Counted from the first letter of the whole stretch, positions 38,230 through 48,140 are shown. The stretch: 63,722 nt of DNA, filler included, from Candidatus Omnitrophota bacterium (GCA_015233495.1; 4 parts of 4 records of this genome joined end to end with filler, not necessarily neighbours in it), one strand, 5' to 3'. The notes: generated by a model not told the origin, from the sequence alone. Translations and numbers: made by a program.

Positions 38230-38366
38230 GTAGGGGCGCCCCTTGTGGGCGCCCGTAGTCGCCGCGTTTTGAGCGGAGCGAAGCGGTGACGAAGTGTCGT
38301 GCCCAGTCAGCACGACCGTCGTTCTGGTGCGACCGAGTAACGGGCGCCCACGAGGGGCGCCCCTAC
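38230..38366. repeat. REP doublet copy B (spacer inverted relative to A)
   Basis: Same arms. Spacer GTAGTCGCCGCGTTTTGAGCGGAGCG… is the reverse complement of the copy A spacer. Confidence 0.9.
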
Positions 38367-38506
38367 AACATTTGGCATAACATTCGAGATTTTATATATT
38401 TACGGATATTTTTCATCTACTTAACTTGACACGTATGGGGGCACCCTTACACTAAATTTGAACAGCAATGATGTCATTTATTTAAGAAATAAAAATCGGA
38501 AAGGAA

Positions 38507-39145
38507 ATGAATATGAAAGTATTGCTCGTCAACGGCAGTCCTCACGAAAAGGGATGCACTTATACGGCGTTGCAAGAGGTGTCCGGAGCGCTGAACGCTA
38601 ATGGAATAGGCGCGGAAATATTTCAGCTGGGGATACAACCTTTATCCGGTTGTATTGCGTGCCGCAAGTGCGCGGAGCTGAAGCGCTGCGTTTTTCCTGA
38701 CCGCGTGAACGACTTTTTGGACCTGGCCAAGGATGCGGATGGGTTTGTGTTTGGTTCTCCGGTGCATTACGCGTCGGCCGGCGGGGCCATTATCTCATTC
38801 ATGGATCGTTTATTTTATGCTGACATGCTTTCCGGGAGATGCTCTTTCTATTTAAAGCCGGCGGCAGCCGTGGTTTCAGCCAGACGGGCGGGCACGACCG
38901 CAACTTTTGATCAGCTCAATAAATATTTCACCATATCAAGTATGCCGGTCATATCCTCACAGTATTGGAATATGGTCCACGGAGCCACGCCGGCTGATGT
39001 GCAGAAAGACCTTGAAGGCCTGCAGATTATGCGCGTATTGGGAAGGAATATGGCCTGGTTCCTGAAATGCAAAGCCGCCGGCCTCAAGGCCGGGGTGGCT
39101 TGGCCGGAAAAAGAAGACCGGGTGTTCATGAATTTTATACGGTAA
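38507..39145 (+). CDS. Iron-sulfur flavoprotein / NADPH-dependent FMN reductase family
   Basis: NGSP…G.T, CIACRKC…C, GSPVHY, SARRAG. Confidence 0.9.
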   Translation: MNMKVLLVNGSPHEKGCTYTALQEVSGALNANGIGAEIFQLGIQPLSGCIACRKCAELKRCVFPDRVNDFLDLAKDADGFVFGSPVHYASAGGAIISFMDRLFYADMLSGRCSFYLKPAAAVVSARRAGTTATFDQLNKYFTISSMPVISSQYWNMVHGATPADVQKDLEGLQIMRVLGRNMAWFLKCKAAGLKAGVAWPEKEDRVFMNFIR

Positions 39146-39214
39146 GGCAACCATTTTTTCTATCGTAAACAATCAGAGAAGATTATAATAAGATGATATT
39201 ATAGGAATTTTTTC

Positions 39215-39346
39215 GTAGGGGCGCCCCTCGTGGGCGCCCGTAGTCGCCGCGTTTTGAGCGAAGCGGCGACGAAGTGTCGTGCCCAGTCAGCACGACCGTC
39301 GTTCTGGCGCGACTGGATAACGGGCGCCCACAAGGGGCGCCCCTAC
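39215..39346. repeat. REP doublet copy C
   Basis: Same arms and spacer orientation as copy B. Confidence 0.9.
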
Positions 39347-39518
39347 ACCACGAAACATATGCCAAATGACAATTGGGCGAACAGATTTTTTTGTTGTCGA
39401 CAAATAACAAAAAACGTCTTAAACATCGGCACAGCTGTGCCGCAACGGGCGCCCCGACATTGTCGCAATTGCAGCTGAACTTGAATTTTGAATACTCGGC
39501 AAGTTCTCTGGAGGATAC

Positions 39519-42500
39519 TTGTCTAACTCCCGCAATAAAAAATTTGCTAATCGGCACTTATTTCCGATTGTTTGCGTTGGCGCGTCAGCGGGCGGACTTG
39601 AGGCGCTGATTGCCTTTTTTAAGTGCTTGCCCAAGACCATTAACATGGCTTTTGTGCTGATTCAGCATTTGGAACCGCAGCATAAGAGCGCCTTGTCCGA
39701 AATTCTTTCCCGGGAAACGTCTTTAAATATCCGTGAAGCCGAGAATCATGTGCTCGTCGAGTCGGCGCATGTTTACGTAATACCGCCCAACACCCGGATG
39801 ACAATTTCCCGCCGCAGGCTAAACCTCACTTCCCGCGTCAAACGGGTGGATGGCCGGTATTTGCCGATTGATTTTTTTATGTCTTCCTTGGCAGAATCCG
39901 AGGGGGAAAACGCGATCGGTGTTATCCTTTCCGGAACCGGATCGGACGGGACCCAGGGCGCCAAAGTTATTAAAGCTAAGGGCGGCGTGGTTTTTGTTCA
40001 AAATGAAAAGACCGCGCGGTATTTCGGGATGCCGGAAAGCGTCATCAAGAGCGGTTCAGTGGATTTTGTTTTGTCTCCCCGCGAGATTGCGAAACAATTG
40101 GCTCACTTAAGCGTGCATGGGTTGAGTCACCCGTTAAAGGCGGCGGTTAAGAGTTTGAGCGAACAAGAGGAACTCAAACGGATCCTGGTTTTATTGCGGG
40201 ATCTCACCGGAGTGGATTTTCTTCATTATAAGCAATCCACGATCATACGCCGCATTGCCCGGCAGATGGCATTTCATAATCTTGAAAACCATGCTGACTA
40301 TTATCATTACCTTAATGCAAATCCGTTGGAAGCCGATGCCTTGCGCAAGGATATCCTAATCCCCGTCACCTATTTCTTCCGCGATCCGAAATTATTCGCG
40401 GCATTAAGAAAAAAAGTCAGTTTGCTCCTGATGAATAAACGCTCGCCGCAAAACCCTATCCGGCTGTGGGTGCCCGCGTGTTCGTCGGGTGAGGAGGTTT
40501 ATTCCCTGGCGATATTTCTATATGAGTTCCTGGAAGAAAGGAAACTGCGGCCATATATCCAAATTTTTGGCACAGACTTGAGTGAGGCGCTTATTGAAAA
40601 AGCGCGCTCCGGCGTATATAGCCAGGATATTGCCGCCCAGGTTTCCGCCGAACGTTTGCGCCGGTTTTTTGTAAAGACGGAAGCGGGATACAAGATCAGC
40701 AAATCCATACGCGATCTGTGTATATTTGCGAAACATGACGTGACCATTGATCCGCCGTTGTCCAACATGGACATTGTCAGTTGCCGCAATCTGCTGATCT
40801 ACCTCGACACATTTTTACAAAATAAAGCCTTGTCAATGTTTCATTACGCGCTTAAGCCCGCAGGCTTTCTTGTGCTGGGGACCGCGGAATCAGTCACGGC
40901 AGTTCCGGGATTTTTTACTGCGGCTGATAAAAAACAGAAGATTTTTTCGAAGAATATTGTTTCTCGAAGAACAACGCTCAATGCCCGGAGTGCAGTATCG
41001 GCATTGGCCACAACCAAAGGGAAGCCCCGAACAATGAAAAATATTGCCGCGCCAAGGAACAAACCTGCTAATCCGCAGAATATTGCCAGCTACAAAAAGG
41101 CGGGAAAGCCAAAGCCAGCCGGCCGGGATGAATCACTGGCGGTTAATACTGATAAAGATATAGTAAAGTTAAAAAAAGAGTTTGCGCGGACCGTGGAACG
41201 CCTGCATGCTATTAGCGAGGAGAAGGATACTGTTAACGAAGAGCTGAAGGCCGCCAATGAGGAGATTCAGTCCAGTAATGAAGAATTACAGAGCATGAAC
41301 GAAGAACTGGAGACGTCCAAAGAAGAGCTCCAATCCACCAATGAAGAACTGCTCACGCTGAATGAGGAACTGCAGAACAAGAACACGGAGCTGACGCATC
41401 TGAACAGCGATCTTAGCAATGTATTTTCCAGCACGAATATTCCGATCATTATTGTGGGCAATGATCTGCGCATCAAGCGGTTTACCCCGACGGCCAGAAA
41501 AGTGATGAACTTGATTCCGACGGATGTTGACCGGCCGATCGGGGACATTAAACTCAACATTGACATCGCCAATCTGGAAGAAATGATTTTGGGCGTCATT
41601 GAGGACATGATCCCGAAGGAATCCGAAGTCATGGATAAAGAAGGCCGGTGGTATTCGGTGCGGATACGGCCTTATCGGACCGTTGATAACAAGATCGACG
41701 GCGCGATCATAGCCATGATCGACATAGATGTAATTAAACGCAGCCGGGAAGCGTCCGAGGCCGGTCTGAATTATACCCAGGCGATCGTCGACACCATGCG
41801 AGAGGCTTTGGTGGTCTTGGATAAAGATCTGCGTGTCTTATCAGCCAATAAATCATTTTGTGACAGATTCCGGATCCAGGAAACGGACATCAAAACCAAG
41901 CTGATCTACGAGATTAGCCGACGGCAGTGGGACAATCCCGAGTTGAGGAAACTGCTGAAAGAGGTACTGCCAAATAAAAGTTATTTCAACGACTTTGAGT
42001 TGTCTTTTGATTTTCCGGATATAGGACCAAAGACCTTGCTTCTTAATGGCCGGCAAATTAAACAGCAGGGCAAAGACAGTCCGTTGATCCTGTTGGTAAT
42101 CGATGACATCACCAAACGCAAAAAAGCTGAAGATATTCTGAAACGCGATAATGCTACCTTGGACAAATTGATTGAGAAACGATCCAAGGATTTGCTTAGC
42201 CTGCGGGAGAAATTAGTCAGGGCCAGGCATCTATCGGCGATCGGGACTTTGGCCGCGACCGTAGCGCATGAATTGCGAAATCCTTTGGCGGATATAGCAG
42301 TATCAACGCACCGGATTAAAAAGCTGATTAAAGACCGCGCGGTGGAAAGAATATTGAACGGTATCAACGCCCGCGTTTCAGAAAGCGATCAGATCATCAC
42401 CAATATTTTATCCTATTCGAAAACCGCAATAACGCATTTTGAATATGTCCGGATCAACGATATTCTTAAGGGCGCGGTTGATGAAGAGGCCCGCAATCTT

Positions 42501-42902
42501 TCGTCGGGAAAAATCGCGGTCAACCAGAAGATAGATGGCACCCAAGCTCTGTTCATTGACGCGGATCCGGCCCGGCTGAAAGAAGTGTTTCGCAATGTTT
42601 TGCGCAATGCCATTGATGCGGTTGCCGCCGGAACGGGCAGAATAGAGGTCGAGACCTATGTCAAAAAATCCCTGGTGTTTGTTCGGATCAAAGACAATGG
42701 AGAAGGGATCGCCAGCCAGGATTTAAAGAATGTCGCCAAGCCGTTTTTTACCACAAAGGCCAAAGGCACGGGCCTGGGGCTGGCGGTCAGCAAACAATTA
42801 GTGGCTTTGCATGGCGGGTCAATAACCTTTTCCAGCGTCAAGGGCGAGGGGACAACCGTGGCCATAACATTGCCGGTAAATCGGGGGAAAAATGAATCAT
42901 AA
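39519..42902 (+). CDS. CheB-CheR fusion with coiled coil, PAS domains and histidine kinase
   Basis: GASAGG, QHL, GTGSDG (CheB). FFRD, WVPACSSGEE, CRNLLIY (CheR). NEELQS repeats. AHELRNPL, DNGEG, GTGLGL. Confidence 0.93.
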   Translation: MSNSRNKKFANRHLFPIVCVGASAGGLEALIAFFKCLPKTINMAFVLIQHLEPQHKSALSEILSRETSLNIREAENHVLVESAHVYVIPPNTRMTISRRRLNLTSRVKRVDGRYLPIDFFMSSLAESEGENAIGVILSGTGSDGTQGAKVIKAKGGVVFVQNEKTARYFGMPESVIKSGSVDFVLSPREIAKQLAHLSVHGLSHPLKAAVKSLSEQEELKRILVLLRDLTGVDFLHYKQSTIIRRIARQMAFHNLENHADYYHYLNANPLEADALRKDILIPVTYFFRDPKLFAALRKKVSLLLMNKRSPQNPIRLWVPACSSGEEVYSLAIFLYEFLEERKLRPYIQIFGTDLSEALIEKARSGVYSQDIAAQVSAERLRRFFVKTEAGYKISKSIRDLCIFAKHDVTIDPPLSNMDIVSCRNLLIYLDTFLQNKALSMFHYALKPAGFLVLGTAESVTAVPGFFTAADKKQKIFSKNIVSRRTTLNARSAVSALATTKGKPRTMKNIAAPRNKPANPQNIASYKKAGKPKPAGRDESLAVNTDKDIVKLKKEFARTVERLHAISEEKDTVNEELKAANEEIQSSNEELQSMNEELETSKEELQSTNEELLTLNEELQNKNTELTHLNSDLSNVFSSTNIPIIIVGNDLRIKRFTPTARKVMNLIPTDVDRPIGDIKLNIDIANLEEMILGVIEDMIPKESEVMDKEGRWYSVRIRPYRTVDNKIDGAIIAMIDIDVIKRSREASEAGLNYTQAIVDTMREALVVLDKDLRVLSANKSFCDRFRIQETDIKTKLIYEISRRQWDNPELRKLLKEVLPNKSYFNDFELSFDFPDIGPKTLLLNGRQIKQQGKDSPLILLVIDDITKRKKAEDILKRDNATLDKLIEKRSKDLLSLREKLVRARHLSAIGTLAATVAHELRNPLADIAVSTHRIKKLIKDRAVERILNGINARVSESDQIITNILSYSKTAITHFEYVRINDILKGAVDEEARNLSSGKIAVNQKIDGTQALFIDADPARLKEVFRNVLRNAIDAVAAGTGRIEVETYVKKSLVFVRIKDNGEGIASQDLKNVAKPFFTTKAKGTGLGLAVSKQLVALHGGSITFSSVKGEGTTVAITLPVNRGKNES

Positions 42903-43272
42903 AATTTTGATCGTCGATGACGATCCCGGAGTGTGCAATTCTTTAGCCATGCTCCTGCGCTGCGAGCGGTATCAAGTCGACAATACCACAGACAGCAGCG
43001 AAGCACTGGTCCGGATTAAAAACAATCAATACGATGTTTGTATTTTTGATTACAAAATGAAGGGCCTGCATGGAATCGATTTATTGAAAGTCACCAAAGC
43101 GCAGAATCCCCAATGCCCGGTGTTGATTATTTCCGCCATGCTGAATATCAACGAGTTATGCAAGAAGGAACTCAAATCCGGAATGCTATCCGGCGTCATC
43201 AGCAAGCCTTTTGTCGTAGATGAGTTGTTGCGTAAGATCAAAGATGTTATAAATGGTGTCAGATCTCAATAA
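42892..43272 (+). CDS. Single-domain response regulator
   Basis: ILIVDDD, FD, ISA, KPF. Confidence 0.92.
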   Translation: MNHKILIVDDDPGVCNSLAMLLRCERYQVDNTTDSSEALVRIKNNQYDVCIFDYKMKGLHGIDLLKVTKAQNPQCPVLIISAMLNINELCKKELKSGMLSGVISKPFVVDELLRKIKDVINGVRSQ

Positions 43273-43338
43273 CGTATTCGTCCGGCCGATCCATCTGGCG
43301 CAAATTGTAAATTTGCGTAAGTTATCTATATTTCCGTA

Positions 43339-43426
43339 GTAGGGGCGCCCCTCGTGGGCGCCTGTTATCCGGTCGCGCCAGAACGACAGTCGTGCTGAAT
43401 GGGCACGACACTTCGTCGCCGCTTCG
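43339..43426. repeat. Partial REP doublet copy D
   Basis: One arm plus most of the spacer, in the orientation of copy A. Confidence 0.8.
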
Positions 43427-43523
43427 TGCCGCTGTAGATCAGGCGTTGAGCCGGTTAGTCCGATCTGGAGACATTCTAGAGTAACAGTGACACACACTTT
43501 ATTTCATAAGTCGTTTATTATCA

Positions 43524-43583
43524 ATGATGAAAAATCTTAAAGTTTATCTCAAGACCTTCGGCTGGCCGGTGGCAGATTTATAG
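43524..43583 (+). pseudogene. Displaced 5' fragment of miaB-like gene
   Basis: MMKNLKVYLKTFG|WPVADL* matches the MiaB start (K.Y.KTFGC) and breaks exactly at the Cys codon. Confidence 0.7.
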
Positions 43584-43943
43584 TAATGCGATGGCGAGCT
43601 TGGCCGAGGCGGTAGTCGGGGCGCTGTAAGGATTAACATCGTTTCGCAACTTAAGTCCCTATGGTAAAGCCGGAGAGGCGTGGCCATGGGGATTTTTTAT
43701 GCTTGTGGGATACGGGTCCTTGGAGGCCGGGTGGGGGAGCGGGTCGGGCGATGCGCGGGTTGTCAGTGAGTATGGCTCAAAAAATTGATGTCAATGTCAA
43801 TTCAACGGGTGTCTTAGGCATCTATGGTCAGATTGGCGCAAACAATCGTTCCTAGACGGTAGACAGGCGTATTTTGGGGCGTTCTACGGGTGATCGGGAT
43901 TGCCAAAAAGGCCGTTTTTGAGTGATATGGAGTGACATAAATA

Positions 43944-43973
43944 TGTCACAAAAAGTATATAGTTTTTCTGACA
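43944..43973. promoter_or_regulatory. Upstream copy of 30-bp palindromic operator
   Basis: TGTCACAAAAAGTATATAGTTTTTCTGACA, 29/30 identical to 44115-44144. Confidence 0.7.
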
Positions 43974-44105
43974 AAGATTTTCGTGTCATTCGAGTTCATG
44001 TATTGCCAAGCTTGCTTGTAAATGTCCACTCGATCGAAATGTCCATTATTTAGTGGACATTTAGGGATTGATCGTATTTTCTCTGCTCTATGCAGTAAAA
44101 AAGGC

Positions 44106-44144
44106 TTGACTTCTTGTCAGAAAAAGTATATAGTTTTTCTGACA
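44106..44144 (+). promoter_or_regulatory. Sigma70 promoter overlapped by palindromic operator
   Basis: TTGACT-17 bp-TATAGT. TGTCAGAAAAA-N8-TTTTTCTGACA covers the -10 box. Confidence 0.75.
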
Positions 44145-44160
44145 GATAGGAGTGGTATAT

Positions 44161-44760
44161 ATGATGCAAACCATTGAGAAAAGAATACTAAATAGGGTTA
44201 TTGATAAGAAAAGAGGCTGGGTTTTTACGCCAAGTTATTTTCTTGATCTTGGGAAACGTGACGCCATAGATCAAGGACTGGGTCGAATGGTTCGAGCTGG
44301 AGCTATCCGTCGATTAGCTCGTGGTCTTTATGATTATCCGGAGAAGCATCCCACATTGGGTGATCTACCGGCGAATTATGAGCGGATTGCCCAAGCATTG
44401 GCTGGAAGAGATAACTTGAAAATTCAACCTTCGGGTGCCTATGCCGCCAATCTGCTTGGGTTGACCGAGCAGGTACCTGCGAAAATTGTTTTTCTGACCG
44501 ATGGCGCGAACAGGATTGTGCAGGTTAAGAATCAGCAGATTGTTTTGAAGAGAACAACGCCCAAGAATATGGCAACTGCCGGGAACATTAGCGGATTGGT
44601 CATTCAAGCATTGCGATATTTGGGGAAAAACCACATAGATGAGAAAGTGATCGGCATATTGAAAAAAAGATTAACGGGGGAGAACAAGCGTCAGCTTATG
44701 CGCGATCTTCGCTATGCCCCTGCGTGGATAGGATCAATATTTAAACAATTACAGGGATAA
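44161..44760 (+). CDS. DUF6088 / AbiEi-like antitoxin
   Basis: F.DLG…AIDQ.L.R, RRLARGLY, PSGAYAANLLGLTEQVP, P.WI. Confidence 0.85.
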   Translation: MMQTIEKRILNRVIDKKRGWVFTPSYFLDLGKRDAIDQGLGRMVRAGAIRRLARGLYDYPEKHPTLGDLPANYERIAQALAGRDNLKIQPSGAYAANLLGLTEQVPAKIVFLTDGANRIVQVKNQQIVLKRTTPKNMATAGNISGLVIQALRYLGKNHIDEKVIGILKKRLTGENKRQLMRDLRYAPAWIGSIFKQLQG

Positions 44761-44767
44761 TAGAGTT

Positions 44768-45790
44768 ATGGATAAATTCATATCACTTGACGCGAAAGAT
44801 AAACGCGCCTACTTCGAAGTGGCCGCAGCCAATTTAAACATAATGCCGCAATTGGTTGAGAAGGACTTTTGGGTCTGCTGGATTCTAAAAGTCCTTTTTT
44901 CATTGCCGGAGGTCGGAGAGCATTTTACTTTTAAAGGTGGGACGTCGCTTTCGAAGTGCTACAACGTCATAAAACGATTTTCGGAAGATATCGACATCTC
45001 CATCGAGAGACCGTTTTTGTCCAAGGGTAAGACAATTGAGCCGGACAAAGAGAAAAGTAATAAAGAAAATCAGAAACGGCTTAAAGAATTGCAGGAGGTA
45101 TGTAAAACGAAGATTACTGAAATTATCGTCCCGAGCCTAAGGCAAGCGATCGCGGCGGCGCTTCCTGACAAAAAAGAATGGAAGATTGAACTGCATGCAG
45201 AGGACCCGGACGGTCAAACGGTTCTTTTCACTTTCCCTCATGCCATGATAAGTAATGCGGAGAGTTATGTAAGGTCATCAGTCAAGGTTGAGTTTGGCGC
45301 CCGCGCTGATCACTGGCCGGTCGAAACTGCAACAATTGTTCCATATATCGTGAATGTCTCCGGAGAGCGAGTTGTTGAGGGCGTTTCTGTGCGAGTTTTA
45401 GCCGCGGAGAGGACCTTTTGGGAGAAGGCCACGATTTTGCATATGATCTATAATTATCCAACTGAAAAGAATGTGCCTCCGCGGATGTCACGTCATTATT
45501 ATGACATATCCGCTATGGCAGATTCTCCAATATATAAGAAGGCTTTGGAGAATATTTCACTGCTAAAAACTGTCGCCGAGCACAAGGCCTTATTTTTCCA
45601 GGCTAATTGGGCCCATTATGAAGAAGCGACCCCGGCAGGCCTGCGGCTATTACCGCGCAACGATCAAATGAGGGCGCTCAAAATTGATTATCGCCAGATG
45701 CAACAGATGTTTTTTGAAGAACCGCCTACGTTCGACCAGATTATAGAAAGACTACGGGGCATAGAAAAAGAAATCAACAAGATCAAATAA
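44768..45790 (+). CDS. AbiEii/AbiGii-family nucleotidyltransferase toxin
   Basis: VEKDFWV, FKGGTSLSK, RFSEDIDI, RTFWEKATILH, SRHYYD. Confidence 0.92.
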   Translation: MDKFISLDAKDKRAYFEVAAANLNIMPQLVEKDFWVCWILKVLFSLPEVGEHFTFKGGTSLSKCYNVIKRFSEDIDISIERPFLSKGKTIEPDKEKSNKENQKRLKELQEVCKTKITEIIVPSLRQAIAAALPDKKEWKIELHAEDPDGQTVLFTFPHAMISNAESYVRSSVKVEFGARADHWPVETATIVPYIVNVSGERVVEGVSVRVLAAERTFWEKATILHMIYNYPTEKNVPPRMSRHYYDISAMADSPIYKKALENISLLKTVAEHKALFFQANWAHYEEATPAGLRLLPRNDQMRALKIDYRQMQQMFFEEPPTFDQIIERLRGIEKEINKIK

Positions 45791-45958
45791 TGCACTACTG
45801 GTGGACTGATCCATAGGTTTTTCCCTCCGGATATTTAAATACCTGTTTTTTCGGGGGGAGACAAGATAAAAAATCAGAACGCGTTGTTAAGAAATAAGTT
45901 AAGAAGTTTTAAAGGATAAAGTTTTGACAGAACCAATGTGTTATGAAGAGGGGTTAAA

Positions 45959-47332
45959 ATGGCAGAAAAAGAGCGAAACGACGACAGTACAGGCAAATTC
46001 GAGGGCAAACCGGGTCATGGAAAGCGTATACTTTTGCGCACCTTCGGATGTCAGATGAATGAGTATGACTCGGAGCTGGTGACTGCGATTTTGTTATCGG
46101 CGGGGTTTTCGTTTGTTGATTCGGAGGATTTGGCGGATGTGATTTTGCTCAATACCTGCTCGGTTAGGGACAATGCCCAGCGTAAGATTTTTGGGTTGGT
46201 GCATGAGATTCGGCACCGGGCTGGCGGGCGGGATTTGTTGGTTGGGATTTTGGGGTGTTTGGCCGGACATTGGAAGGAGGATTTGGTTGGGAATCCTCGC
46301 TGGCGCATTGATTTCGCAGTCGGGCCGGATCAATATAACGATTTGCCGCGGATCATCGCGAATGCCGCCGGGCATAAACAAGACGTGTTCGCGTTTGAGT
46401 TTTCGGATGAGGAGTTGTACGAAGGGATTTATCCGGCGCGGGTGGAGGGCGTCAACGCCTGGATCGCGGTGACGCGCGGTTGCGATAATTTTTGCTCTTA
46501 TTGTATTGTGCCTTACGCGCGGGGCCGCGAACGGTCCCGGTCGATTAAGAGCATTTTAGACGAAGCGCGGCGCTTGGCGAAAGACGGGTTTAAGCAGGTG
46601 ACTTTGCTCGGCCAGAATGTCAATTCCTATCAATATGACGGCGTGGATTTCGCTGACCTGCTCGCCGAGGTCAGCCGCATCGACGGGATCAGGCGGATCC
46701 GGTTTATGTCGCCGCACCCGAAAGATTTTTCCGAAAAACTCATGGCCCTGGTAGCCGCGAATCCGAAAATTTGCAAGCATATGCATTTCCCGATGCAGTC
46801 TGGCAATACCCGGATTTTGAAAAAGATGAACCGGACTTATACCAAAACGGGATATCTGCAAAAGGTAAAAATGATCCGCGGTTATTGTCCGGATATTGCC
46901 TTGACCACGGACGTGATCGTTGGTTTTCCCACGGAAACGGACGCAGAATTCGAGGACACGTATGATGTCATGCGCCGGGTGGAATTCGACGCGGCATTCA
47001 TTTTTAAGTATTCCCCGCGTAAAGGCACCCTCGCCGAGCGGAAATATCCCGACGATGTCCCGCCGGAAATCAAGACCGAGCGCATTGTCCGGTTGAACGC
47101 TCTGCAAAAGGAAATGTCCTTAAAGAAGAACCAGGCCATGATCGGCCGGATCGAGGAAGTCGTGATCGAAGTCGACACAACCAAAAAATCCGACCAAGAC
47201 GCCCAGGGCCGCACGGAGAGCAATAAAATCGTGATTTTACCCCCCGGCGATTATCATCAAGGCGATTTTGTCAGCGTAAAGATCAAATCCGCAACCCCGC
47301 ACGTCGTTCGGGGGATAATAAGCAATAATTAG
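45959..47332 (+). CDS. miaB: tRNA i6A37 methylthiotransferase MiaB
   Basis: TFGCQMNEYDS, NTCSVR, GCL, GCDNFCSYCIVPYARGRERSR, C-terminal TRAM domain. Confidence 0.95.
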   Translation: MAEKERNDDSTGKFEGKPGHGKRILLRTFGCQMNEYDSELVTAILLSAGFSFVDSEDLADVILLNTCSVRDNAQRKIFGLVHEIRHRAGGRDLLVGILGCLAGHWKEDLVGNPRWRIDFAVGPDQYNDLPRIIANAAGHKQDVFAFEFSDEELYEGIYPARVEGVNAWIAVTRGCDNFCSYCIVPYARGRERSRSIKSILDEARRLAKDGFKQVTLLGQNVNSYQYDGVDFADLLAEVSRIDGIRRIRFMSPHPKDFSEKLMALVAANPKICKHMHFPMQSGNTRILKKMNRTYTKTGYLQKVKMIRGYCPDIALTTDVIVGFPTETDAEFEDTYDVMRRVEFDAAFIFKYSPRKGTLAERKYPDDVPPEIKTERIVRLNALQKEMSLKKNQAMIGRIEEVVIEVDTTKKSDQDAQGRTESNKIVILPPGDYHQGDFVSVKIKSATPHVVRGIISNN

Positions 47333-47357
47333 CATAATTAAGAGATAGGTTAAATAA

Positions 47358-47478
47358 GGGAACGGTCAATAGATCCTTACCCCCTTGATTCATAAGAACA
47401 TGCTTCATGCGAAGCAATTTATCGAGATCAACAGGTGGAACCAAGAGCAGTTGTTGATTTAAGTCAGGTTTCTTTTCA
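47358..47478 (-). mobile_element. IS end with probable transposase C-terminus (runs into gap)
   Basis: Identical except 1 nt to the start of 63598-63722. The minus strand is open: …KKPDLNQQLLLVPPVDLDKLLRMKHVLMNQGGKDLLTVP. Confidence 0.75.
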
Positions 47479-47578
47479 NNNNNNNNNNNNNNNNNNNNNN
47501 NNNNNNNNNNNNNNNNNNNNNNTTAATTAATTAANNNNNNNNNNNNNNNNNNNNNNNNNNNNNNNNNNNNNNNNNNNN
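47479..47578. other. Artificial contig spacer
   Basis: N-TTAATTAATTAA-N linker. Confidence 0.97.
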
Positions 47579-48126
47579 CCTGTGACTCCGGCTAAAGACA
47601 CGTAATAAATAAAACCGGTTGCCGCAGCCATGATTTTTTTTGCCCGGGCCGGCGTTGTGGTTGGCGATAAAAAAAATACCGTAGCCACATCGTTTTCGCG
47701 GCACGCGGCGATCAACCCGCCCGCTTCTTCCACGGGCAAATCGGGGATGATCAGTCCATCCACGCCGCTCGCTTTGGCTTGAGCGGCAAATTGCTTTTCC
47801 CCAAAATGAAACACGGGATTGTAATACGTCATCAAGGCGATGGGCATCTGACTCCATTTGCGGATATTTTTCACGCTGGTCAAAATACCCGGCAAATTCG
47901 TGCCGTTTTGCAAAGCCCGATAGGAAGCAGCCTGGATGGTGGGTCCGTCTGCCAAAGGATCGGAAAAAGGAACGCCTAACTCGATGATATCCACCCCCGC
48001 TTTATCAAAGGCGAATGCCAATTCTTCCGTCTTACGCAAGCTGGGATCGCCGGCAGTTAAAAAAGCGATAAAGGCCTTTTGCTTGCGAACCGCTAACGAT
48101 TGGAATTTTTTTTCAATTCGGTTCAT
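47579..48126 (-). CDS. trpA: Tryptophan synthase alpha chain (3' truncated by gap)
   Basis: FLTAGDP, ELGVPFSDPLADGPTIQ, MTYYNP, IIPDLP. Confidence 0.96.
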
Positions 48127-48140
48127 TGGTTAACGCCCCC

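Noticed and set aside
39183..39557. Short ORFs over REP elements (also 34420-34605, 43186-43497, 10533-10718)
   Set aside because: They are translations of GC-rich palindromic repeats.
34407..43426. Recurrent palindromic repeats as a CRISPR array or integron attC sites
   Set aside because: They are dispersed inverted doublets with a conserved interior rather than unique spacers. No cas gene or integron integrase is present.
23801..47478. Composite transposon spanning contig 2
   Set aside because: It includes housekeeping miaB, and assembly breaks at IS copies explain the pattern. Target duplications cannot be seen.
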